From Macrostomum lignano (taxonomy: Eukaryota), in NCBI GenBank assembly GCA_002269645.1, contig NIVC01000364.1, positions 372,001 through 436,000 on the forward strand: a stretch of 64,000 nt of DNA. Direction: 5' to 3'. Each line of letters begins with the position of its first letter. The stretch's first letter is position 1. Both the position numbers and the translations under genes were made by a program. The notes beneath the pieces were generated by a model. The model was not told where the DNA came from, searched no databases, and saw only the letters and a list, made by a program, of their open reading frames with translations. Shown here one piece after another: positions 53,611-64,000 of the stretch.

Positions 53611-56600
53611 GAATTCTTTTTAATCAAAGAAACAGTTTTGTAAAAAGCAGGATTTTTTCAATTCTTTATAACCTTTAGACTATAAAATAATTAAATAAAA
53701 TAAGATACGCGTGAAAATCTTAAATCAGTTCAAGTCTGTCGAACATTAATTAGGTCCGAGCTATATATCTATATATATATATATAAATATCGATAATAAT
53801 CACGTGAATATCCACGATGTTTAAAATGTTTTTGTTGTATTCATCGCCCTGTCATTTGTTTATTAATGGACATCCCTAGCAAATAAAAAAACAATTTTTC
53901 TTTTTAAGCTTTAGAAAGATACAGTACGAAATCTGCAGATATAAATTTTGCAGATAAATTTGATATAATTTTTGTTCGTTAGCTTGTCCGTAATATAAAA
54001 TATATTACCTTTAAAGAACTAAAGTATTGAGTGACGATTGACTATTCTGTTCTGTCGTGAAATTAAATTATGTTTTATCTATATCTTGTTGTTCTTTGAC
54101 TTGTAAATGAGTACAGGTACACAGTGTGTACTATATATACAAGTATATATTCGAGAATATACTAGTATATTATTAATATACAAAGTAATGTATTTTTATG
54201 TCCACGTATTTGCCATTTATCATTTCAATTACACATTCCAATCAATCCAATGCAGACTTCAAAATACACCTTAATTATTCTAATTAGAATAAAGCGTACA
54301 ACTCGTACTGACAACGACAAAAATATATGCAAAATATATATTTCATGCATATTTAAATTCACTTATTATTTACACTTGTTTTCTAAATAGTCCTCTATTA
54401 TTATTTCACAAGAATATACATGTATAGCTCCTTCAAGCTCCTTCAAGCTCCTTCAAATTTTAAATTTATGCGAATTATACATGAGCATATCGATTCCAGG
54501 AAGTACATGTACATTAAGATATACACATACCTACGCTTGTACTCATGCAAAGCATGCAATTAAGTGTATATGTATGTTTGTCGCTACAGAGATATTGCAT
54601 TTTAACCATATCTCGGAGTCGGGTTCCGTCCGACCTTGCGTCGTTCCATATCCCTATCCGACACGTGGACAAAAGTTATGCCCAGCACTCACTTGCAGGA
54701 AAAATCTGTTTGGCACTGTAAGTCACTTTTGTCTACTTCCCCTAACATTTATTCAGTAAAGTAAATTTTTGGTAAAAACACATCCATGCTTGTACATGCG
54801 GCAGGAAGAGTTCATCTGATCTGATGGAACATTTCTCTGCTGTCAAAAGTACACCGTGACCCGGAAAATTAATTGATGTTTTAAATATTAATCAACATTA
54901 AAATGTAAATCATGCTCTAAACTAATCGTGAACTCATGCAACCTTTTTGCCAAGAATATTAATAAAATCAAAGTCGTTTAAAGGAATGCTACGCTTTATT
55001 CATGTAGTGAGACAGCAAAAATATGATTTTATTCATCAGCAACGACCCAAACGGCGCCGGAACAACACAATTCAATTAGCATTGAAATTGAAATTAAAAA
55101 CAAAAAGTAAAACTGTCAAAATCTTCAATCATATTAATATAGTTTTGGGTAACCATATTTAACATATCGCGCACATGACGTGAACACGAAGGGAGCGATG
55201 GATTTATAATGAATACACAATTGCCACACTGAGAAGCAGCGAGACGAAAGGGTGAGTAAAATTAACAAAAACAGAAGCTGACGTTATGATCAAGCAGGAA
55301 ACCGAGCTAACGAAGAACTAATAGAGGTAAAAGAATTTGAGATGTAAGTTCATAAAGCATATGCCGAAATGTTAGTCAGAAAAAATGTTGAAAAAAGAAA
55401 AAAAATTTACACTTTATACTATTGCAGAACAACATTTATATTTGAAAAAAGTATCAATTCGCAGATCGCAGTCGACAATTTTAACTGCAGGTAATAATTA
55501 TCACACAAAACTGTGTTGTGTATGCACAAAAGGATAACAAAAACAAACAGATTGGTTATTCGTGACAACAATGCACTCTGCCCAGCATAAGCCGGCCATT
55601 TCAGACTAAATCGCACATTTTAAATAATAATAAGTTTATAAAGCAGCATTAATTGTGACTTTAATCATCCGTGTCATAAATCCATATCTGCAGGATTAAA
55701 ACAATGAAAAGTGTTATCATAATAATAAAAGCACTGGATTGTGTGTCAACTGAGGTGAGAACAGTGAAATAGGAATTCGGATTATCTGTAATCGCGTCTT
55801 AATCAAAGATTTCACACGTTTTATTAGCTAAACATTGGACGAAAACAAAATGGAGAACAATTTAAATATGAAGCACAAGAATGACAATGGATGGATAAGC
55901 GTATACCTCCGACTGCTGGCTTATTTAAAGGCCCGATATTGCTTCGAATTGGTTAAGAGACAGCAAGTTTTTATTTTTATCACTACCCAGCTAAATTGAT
56001 GTCTTAATTACTTCCCTTTTCTTAAAAAGTTATTTAAAACTAGCCATGGTGTTTTGCTTCTATTAAAAATACTCTTGGAAGCTGGAAAATGTGCAAAATT
56101 CAAGCAAAACTGCGGCATTGCCTTCTTTACCGGAATAGTTTTTCAAACCAATTTTCTCTTTCGAAATTTTTCTATGGCAAAACCTACTCAATCCAACTGC
56201 TTCTGCAACATATATTTATGTAGCGTTTCTAATAATTTCGAGTTGGGGTGCGGGCACCATGGCGCAACACCTTTCGGCGACATCGGGCCCACAACCTGCG
56301 CGGACGGCAATTCTGGCCAATGCTGACTCCTGTCCTGAGCGCATACAACTTCTTGGATCTTGTTTCTAGATTAGAAACAACCAGAAATTGCAGTCGCTTT
56401 GCTAAAGACACCACGTTTAGAATAACTTTTAAAATAACTTAAGTCTAAGTCTCGTTTCTGGGCAAAATTTTATTTAAAATCCCTAGCGAGGACGCTGACA
56501 ACTTAAACCTGTGACGGGTCAGTGAAGTTAAGAAACAATCGATTAATTGAGAATGAAAATTTAAGCTGACTAAAATTGAACTTTGTTACAATCAGTGCTA

Positions 56601-57228
56601 ATTCCTTAAACGACGAAAGATTAAACGGCTTCGTAAAACTCAGCGTCCAGTTTCTCAGAAAACTGTAAAAACATTCTTTAAAAACTGAAATCCCATTTTC
56701 TAATAGTGCCAAGTCAGTTTCTAGGAATGCTAAACTTTAAATTCCATAAATACCAAAATTTTCCAAGAAATTTGCTTTGAAAAACACCGGAATCGGTTTT
56801 ATAATATTTTCTCTACTTTGCTTTACTATCTACTCAATATAGTTTCTCTACTCTTGGAAATTAAAATAACTATATTCTAACAAACCCTGCATAACCTACT
56901 TTTTTACAAGCAAGGTAAAAGCAAGGACTACTCAAGTAGAAGGACGGAAGACGATACGTTTCTTGGTAAATTTTAGGTTTTATCTCAAAAATACATTACG
57001 GAGATAGGAGGTTTTCATTTTTCAGCACAAAAATTGTTATTGCTTTTGCTAGAAGGGACGTAGAAACGTAGTTTCCTAGAATCTTACTTGACTAGTCCTT
57101 GGGTTGAAGCTCAAAATCCTAATTATTACCTATTTCTGCCTCTGAAAGCAGACGGAGGCTCCTTCTATTATCGAACTACTGAAACCTGCAACATTAATTA
57201 TTATAAACCATTGGAACACGGCAGTGGT

Positions 57229-60200
57229 TCAGAGCCCCCGAGCCTGCAACAGCCGGTCGAGTTTCTCCTCGATGCGCTGCAAGTGAGCGTCAGTCTCCTT
57301 GGCCTTGGCCTGCACGGACGCCAGGCCAGTCAGCATGAAGCCCTGGTTGCGGTACATCTCCGTCAGGCTCACCGAACTGTCCGCCAGCCGTTTCTGATCG
57401 TTGCGTAGCTCCCGGATGCGGTGGATGGAGTGCAGCAGCCGACGCTGGTGCTTCAGCGTCTTAGTCGCATTGCCAGCCCGCTTGTACTTGTAGGACAGCC
57501 AGCCCTCCTTCAGGATGTTCGCGGCCGCGTGTTTCACCTGCTTGTCCAGCTCGATATCAATCACAAAATTGTGCACGTACTTCTCGGCTCTGGACAGTTC
57601 CAGCTTTCTGGCCAGTACGGCCACTACAAGAGCCGTCACACCTGTGCCGAACAGTCCTGGGAGGCGGGCAAGGGGGGTTTTATAATTAATGAGCTGCTGG
57701 ACGCTGAGGGGTGCTTCACGTCTTAAATTACTTCTCTATTGTTTCGATTTGCTTGCCTTACTCCGGTAACTCCTGATTCATCTATTCTATACTCTCCCTC
57801 TCCTACCTCCCTCTCCTACCCTCCCTCTCCTACCCTCCCTCTCCTACCCTCCCTCTCCTACCCTCCGTCTCCTTCCCTCTCTCTCCTACCCTCTCTCTCC
57901 TACCCTCTCTCTCCTACCCTCTCTCTCCTACCCTCTCTCTCCTACCCTCTCTCTCCTACCCTCTCTCTCCTACCCTCTCTCTCCTACCCTCCTTCCCTCC
58001 CCTACCTTCCCTCCCCTACCTTCCCTCCCCTACCTTCCCTCCCCTACCTTCCCTCCCCTACCTTCAACCCCCTACCCTCCCTCTCCTACCCTCCCTCTTT
58101 CCTCTCTCTCCTCTCTCCTCTTTCTCCATACGTACAGCATAAAAATAACATACAAAAAGAGAGGCTTAAGCAGTTGAGCAACCATGCAGAGAGTCAGTCC
58201 TTAGTTACCATTCTCTCCATTCGAACACTTAGCTTACTACTGAGCAAAGTGCAGACTCAGAGATGCGGCTTAACAGCGAAATCCACGTAATTATTTTATA
58301 AAAAGAGAGATTGCCCCAAAGCAACAGTTACTTATAGATTAACACCAACCAAGGATTAGTAGAGTTAATCCTGCTCGAAGACTACAGTTGCACTGCCAAA
58401 GCCCATCATAGGCAAAGCCAATAGTCGTGCAGATGGACTTTGAAGCTTTAAAGCTTTGAAGGAATTGACTGAATATATTTATTTATTCAGTATATCTATC
58501 TCTTTAGCCGGTCTGGGACCTTCTGTCGGGCCGGCCCAAACCTGCCCTACAGCAAGAATAAAAATACGGATGAAAAATAGCACAAAATAGACAGAGAGAC
58601 AGATGGCACCCACCTCCAGTGCAGTGTAGCTACAGTATGCGGTTAGAAAATTGAGACGGCCAAACTAAATTGATGAGTAATTGAAGTCGGGGCCCTTAAT
58701 CCGCATCTAACTACTCATAATCCGCAGAACTAACTGACTGACTGACTGACCGCGGCAGGGCCTCTCAGTTCTGGTATTCACCTTTAGCCAGTGAGAGAGT
58801 GGGAAAACTCATAATGGTAACTGGTCTCCAGAGACAGCCCGCTCACCCAGACGGGCAAGCCCTCAGCAAACGCCAAAAATCGATTTTCATGTCTTGCATA
58901 GATAAATAAATTTCTGTCAGACGTATCATTGAGTTGGGATTCGACCCACACAACCCCACAGGCTAGGGAAATATGAGAATTCTGGGAAGATGTGTGCCGG
59001 GTTTCTTCTAAATTAAGAATACACACACTGAAGCTAGAAGCTAGAATGCCATATAAGTTCGCTTTGGCCTCCCTCCTTCAAAGCGATCGAAGCCATTTTA
59101 TCGATTCGAATTCCGAAATTTGATACTTAACGATTTAAAAGTGCAAGAACGCTTTGGTTAATTTACGATGCAAGACTTAGCGCTGGCTTGTCGCAACTTT
59201 CTTAGTTATCTATTCAGTTTCTCTGCCCACATCTCTGTTTACTCTGTTTTCTCTCCCTCTGTCTACTTCAGTCTTTTCATGCTTTCCCCTCTCCCTCAGT
59301 GCCTTGTGATTGGCTCTTCAATCTCGCCTCTTTCCTCAGGCGCGCACTCCACGCCCTCATCTGTTTTCTCTGTTTACTCTGTCTTCTCCCCCTTTCAGTC
59401 TAGTTCAGTCTTGTTATCTCTCACCCTCGCTGCTTTCTGATTGGCTCTTTAATCTCGCCTCTTCCCTCAGTCGTGCATTCCACCAGCCCATTTGCATTCC
59501 ACCCCCAGCATTCCTTTTCTTATCTGCACTCAACCACCCAACGGCGGAGGACTAGTCAGGCATTCCACTACAGGAAAAATACGCGACTTGACCATGGGTC
59601 CACGTTAATATCTAATAATCTTTAATATTCTCTATTTTCTATAAATTAGATTTCTTGAGTCCACTAGTCGAGTCCACGGGAGCCATGACTAGTCGAGTCC
59701 ATGCCACCGTGGACCCATGGTCTAGTCGTGTATTTTTCCTGTAGTGGAATGCCCGCGCAAATGGGCTGACTCAACCCCCACTAATTGAATGTCTTGAAAA
59801 TAGACTCGTTCTAATTGCTTGAAAAACGCACCCAAATACAATGATCAAACGCCCCACTTACTGTTCTCAGTTTCAAGTAATTCACGGTAATCGTAAAATT
59901 CAATTTATTATCTTCTTTTTCTCTAGGGCATACAAAATCTCGAGTTTTGCCAATCCCGGGATTCTCGTTCCCATAATTAAAATGGTTTCTTATTTTTGGT
60001 GGAGTTTTGGTTTACGAAGCCATCTAAAATAGAACAGAATAAAAGATTTTGCAAACAAGAAACGGACAGTGAGCTCCGAATTGGAGTGTGATGTACGGGC
60101 TGGCGTAATGATAGTAGACGTGCTTTTTTACATGCCAGTATCAGCTCAGGAAAATCACACTTGATTGTGATGTAACATGGGGAATGATAGCTTACTGAGC

Positions 60201-61640
60201 TATGACCCGAGGTACTAATACCTGGGTATAAGGGGATCAGACCTCACCCTCCCAGGGGCACCCGCCCTAGATGGAGAATTGGTAGCTTGGGTTGTGGTCC
60301 GATAGCAAGGTCCCACTATTCTAATCCCAACTATACAGCCAAGGAGTTTTGAAGGTAGAGACTGCTTAAAGTAGTTCTACATTTTTACAGCTTAAATACC
60401 TTTACGACCTGCTAGCAGCTTCTGTTTTGTATCCCTGCAGCCCTATAGCCTTCTACTCATTAGCGTACATGCTTAAAGGATTAAGAAATCAAAGTAGGAC
60501 AACTGGGTTATGAGTTTCACCTGACAAGTATCTCAGCTGCAGATATTACTACTCGATAATGAATGATTGAATTATTGCAAAGCCGGATAGGGATCCCGAT
60601 GGTCAATCCCGGGATTTTCGAATCCCGGACAATTGTGATCCCAGGATTTATAGTTCTGGGATTTAGACCAAACGGATTAGACAGCTCAAGTCACCTGTCA
60701 GTACGGCGATGCCGCGGCCGCAGTAGGAGGCCGGCACGATGTCGCCGTAGCCGACCGTCAGGAAAGTGATGGCCGTCATCCACATGCTGTTGAGGAAGTT
60801 CCTGTGCTCAGGCCCGTGGTACATCTCGCAAGCGCGCACAGCCCAAGACGCCCAGATGAACAGGAACAGGGCCATCACGGTGAGCACGTACTCGGGATAC
60901 AGATTCATCAACGATTTGAATATGAACCGGAAGTTGAAGTGGATCCGGTTCAGAGCGCCCAGACTCTGCGAGGAGGCATCCTGGTACAGGCGGCTGTGCA
61001 GCATCATGACCCGGCAGACCAGGTAGAAGCGCAGGAACATCGGCAGGCTGAAGATCACATCTATTGGGATGGCCTGCATCAGCCTGACGCTGTTGGTGTT
61101 GTCGTACGCCAGCATCTGCACCATGTGCTGGCCGGGGATTGGGTGAATGGCGCAGACCAGCAGCTCCATGGCCAAATGGAAGCCCCTTGACAGGGTGATA
61201 GCCAAGCGCCAATCGTCCATCGAGTTGTCAATCATGAACACCTTGATGTCCAAGTAGTGATACCAGCTGATGAAGCCCAGTAATATGGCCGTGCTGACGC
61301 TGATGAGGCTCTTCATGACGATGGACCCGGCGCCAGCCTTGTTGAAGATCCCGGCGATGCAGAGCTCGGTCTCGATGATCATCATCACGATGCCCAGCAT
61401 CGCGAAGAACAAGCTCAAATCTGCGATCAGCTTCCGGCGAACAAAGAGCTCCTTGCGTCTGGCCAGCCTAGCGCCAACGTTCTCGTATTTGAAGGTCTTT
61501 GTTGGGCCAGACGAAGAGCCGTAGTTGCTGCCGCAACTGCCACCGACGCCGCCGCCGCCGCCGCCATTGGCTCGGCCGACGCCAACCAGCGGGATGGCCG
61601 GGTCTTCAATCATGGTGCTGCCGCTGCCCCGTCCGCTCAT
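57229..61640 (-). CDS. SK: Small-conductance Ca2+-activated K+ channel (SK/KCNN family), 457 aa
   Basis: Exons 61640-60695 and 57656-57229, phase 1, 1374 nt. Motifs: ENVGARLARRKELF, ELLVCAIHPIPG, PMFLRFYLVCRVMMLHS, pore TFLTVGYGDIVP, CaM-binding domain AEKYVHNF...KHAAANILKEGWL...HQRRLLHSIH and a C-terminal coiled coil. Confidence 0.95.
57790..58125. repeat. Pyrimidine-rich repeat (ctctctctcctacc / ttccctcccctacc) in the SK intron
   Basis: Tandem 14-bp-type units. Confidence 0.9.
59559..59753. mobile_element. 195-bp fold-back element (about 46-bp inverted arms) in the SK intron
   Basis: ggcattccactacaggaaaaatacgcgacttgaccatgggtccacg versus cgtggacccatggtctagtcgtgtatttttcctgtagtggaatgcc (2 mismatches). 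Internal ctagtcgagtcca direct repeats. No TSD seen. Confidence 0.7.
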
Positions 61641-61840
61641 TTCTTGAGTAGCGACTGCTCTGCCTTCTCAGTGCTTTCTGAATTGCTGCTGCCTGCAAAG
61701 GATGCGAATTTGAGCATAGAGGTTTATTGACAAGATAAAAAAGTACTTTAACGGCGGAAATTTACTGTTAAATGGCTTGCTTCTTAGTGCCGCTAGCGAG
61801 CGGGACTGAGCGATACAAACTGGGCGTTTGACTCTTCGAC

Positions 61841-62156
61841 TCTAGTTGGGGTTTGCAGCGTAGTGGTCAGAGCGTCAGACTCACGACTTTAAGGTCGGGG
61901 GTTCGATTCCTGATCCCACTGGAACAATTTGTGTCCTTGAGCAAAGACACAACCCTGCATTGCCTCAGTTCACCCAGCTGTAAAATGAGTGCCAGCATTG
62001 GCTAGGGTAATTGAGGGTGTGTGTGGCAACCCCCCCCCCCAGTGCTTGGACTGAACAGCCGTATGCAGCCTTCAGATGCGCCGTACAATAGCGGCGGCTG
62101 AGCTGTCGGTTGCACATCTGGCTATTAGGGCAGGTGTAATCAATTATTATTATTAC
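61841..62156 (+). mobile_element. tRNA-derived SINE with CORE-like central domain, full length with TSD
   Basis: A box (tagtggtcagagc region), B box GGTTCGATTCC, CORE-like gtgtccttgagcaaagacac...gcctcagttcacccagctgtaaaatg, (ATT)n tail and a 12-bp TSD TGACTCTTCGAC (61829-61840 and 62157-62168). Confidence 0.85.
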
Positions 62157-62559
62157 TGACTCTTCGACAAAGGACTGCCCTTGTCAGTTTTTAACCACAG
62201 CTTCACAGTTCACCCAATCACGGCAAAGTGGCAATGGATAGCTTTATACTCGTAGTTTATAAAATCAGAGCAGGTGGCAATCAATTAAGCAGCCAAATCC
62301 CAGCTCGGAGACATTTAAGGGAGGAAATCCTGGATGGAAATCCAATCGGAATGGCTTTAAAAGCTGAACCTGATTATGGAAGACTAAATATCAGCAACGG
62401 CTGGAAAGGCTGGAAGGTTTTTTCATACTTTCACCTATTTGGGCTCCAGATTCCCAGTCATTTCAATAACTTCTTTATCTTCCCATCTATCTCTAGCTCT
62501 GCAATCTCTCTCCCTCTCTATCCTCGTTTCTCGAATCCATTTTGCTTGTACTGCTGGCT

Positions 62560-62840
62560 CTTAAGTTGCCATCTCTCTGTCCCTCCACCTCTCTCGTCTC
62601 CCTCCACCTCTCTCATCTTCCTCCACCTCTCTCATCTCCCTCCACCTCTCTCGTCTCCCTCCACCTCTCTCGTCTCCCTCCACCTCTCTCTGTCCCTCCA
62701 CCTCTCTCGTCTCCGTTCCCCTCTCTCGTGCCGCCCTCTCTCATCTCCCTCCACCTCTCTTGCCTCCCTCCACCCTCTCTCGTGTCCGCCTCTCGCTTCC
62801 CCACTTCTCTCGTGTCTCCCTATCTCGCCTCCCTCCTCTT
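62560..62840. repeat. Pyrimidine-rich repeat (cctccacctctctcgtctc)
   Basis: Degenerate tandem copies upstream of SK. Confidence 0.85.
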
Positions 62841-63596
62841 CTCTCGTCACCCTCTGCTTTTTCATTATGGTCAATATGCCAGTTTCTCATCTCTCAACTT
62901 TACTTACACTATCTGTTCCTCTCCAGGTTTCAAATCGTCCAGCTTCCCAATGCTCTCATTCTCTCCCGCGAATAAAATTCATTTCCTATATCTACGAGTC
63001 TTTTTTATATTTTTCCTCATGCCAGTATCGTTTTTTATTCTCCGATCTGTCTCGTTTTCTGACGGCCTCATTCCATTATGATTGCCCTTCAGCGATGCAT
63101 GCCGAGCACAGCGGGGGGTCCACGCTTTTGTGTCTTCCTCTCCTTCTCTTCCCTTCTCGCTTTCTATTTCTCTCAGGGGGGAGACTCATGGGAATCGAGC
63201 CCGCGCAGAAAATGTCTCCTGCAGCCGAGCCGGGGGCAGCGCACAGACCAAACACACAACTGCAAACACACACAAACACATGCACACACACACATGCTTA
63301 GGCAAAGTCTAAATTATAAATGCAATATGCCTCTCATGCGCCTTGCTGGGGTGGGCAAGGCGCAAGACTAAAACCAGCGTTCCACTTCCCCCGTTTCTGC
63401 CAGACACCGGTCGCGGACACGACAGCTCCGCGGCAGTCTCCATCTGGATTTGGCCTTCTGTGTACTTAAACTGCCGACATGGGGCTGTAAACACTGCGTC
63501 TCCGTCTGCCTCCTTCTGGGTTGAATTCTGAGAAGCTCAAAACGAAAAATAGAAAGCTGTGCATGGAGCTTTGTGAAACAGATTTGTGATCCACCC

Positions 63597-64000
63597 TGTG
63601 TCAGCAGCTGAGCAGCTGAGCAGATCATTCAATAGTCTACTGTGTCAGCAGCTGAGCAGCTGAGCAGATCATTCAATAGTCTACTGTGTCAGCAGCTGAG
63701 CAGCTCAGCAGATCATTCAATAGTCTACTGTGTCAGCAGCTGAGCAGCTGAGCAGATCATTCAATAGTCTACTGTGTCAGCAGCTGAGCAGATCAGCAGA
63801 TCATTCAATAGTCTACTGTGTCAGCAGCTGAGCAGATCAGCAGATCATTCAATAGTCTACTGTGTCAGCAGCTGAGCAGATCAGCAGATCATTCAATAGT
63901 CTACTGTGTCAGCAGCTCAGCAGATCATTCAATAGTCTACTGTGTCAGCAGCTCAGCAGATCAGCAGATCATTCAATAGTCTACTGTGTCAGCAGCTGAG
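63597..64000. repeat. about 44-bp minisatellite (tgtgtcagcagctgagcagctgagcagatcattcaatagtctac)
   Basis: Tandem copies running to the window edge. Confidence 0.95.

Noticed and set aside
59566-59746. CACTA (EnSpm) element suggested by CACTACAGGAAAAA
   Set aside because: The inverted repeat extends outward beyond CACTA and there is no 3-bp direct TSD.

Overview
Eukaryotic, metazoan-type genomic DNA with GT-AG introns, GC-rich exons and extremely dense tandem repeats. The style is reminiscent of a repeat-rich invertebrate such as the flatworm Macrostomum, but the species cannot be established from the sequence. By reading splice sites and reading-frame phases by hand I reconstructed six spliced genes. 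(1) The 5' part of a WDR49/CFAP337-like EF-hand/WD40 gene (minus, runs off the left edge). (2) A Shaw/Kv3 potassium channel (plus, 8 exons, with extra candidate phase-1 tail exons). (3) A DEG/ENaC channel (plus, 4 exons). (4) An unrecognised Gly-rich two-TM protein (minus, 2 exons). (5) An SLC6 amino-acid-type transporter (minus, 13 exons, 703 aa). (6) An SK/KCNN Ca-activated K channel (minus, 2 exons, 457 aa). The rest is about 25 different mini/microsatellite arrays, tRNA-derived SINEs (one with a 12-bp TSD), a hAT-type MITE with an 8-bp TSD, other inverted-repeat elements and a LINE 3' remnant. Most long ORFs in the supplied track are repeat artefacts, and there is no CRISPR array. The most unusual observations are a DEG/ENaC intron bracketed by complementary (TTGA)n/(TCAA)n arms next to both splice sites, an SLC6 intron whose splice donor has itself expanded into about 92 GTTA repeats, a string of phase-1 candidate tail exons for Shaw, and a KAAT1-like Asn-to-Asp change at the SLC6 Na1 site.
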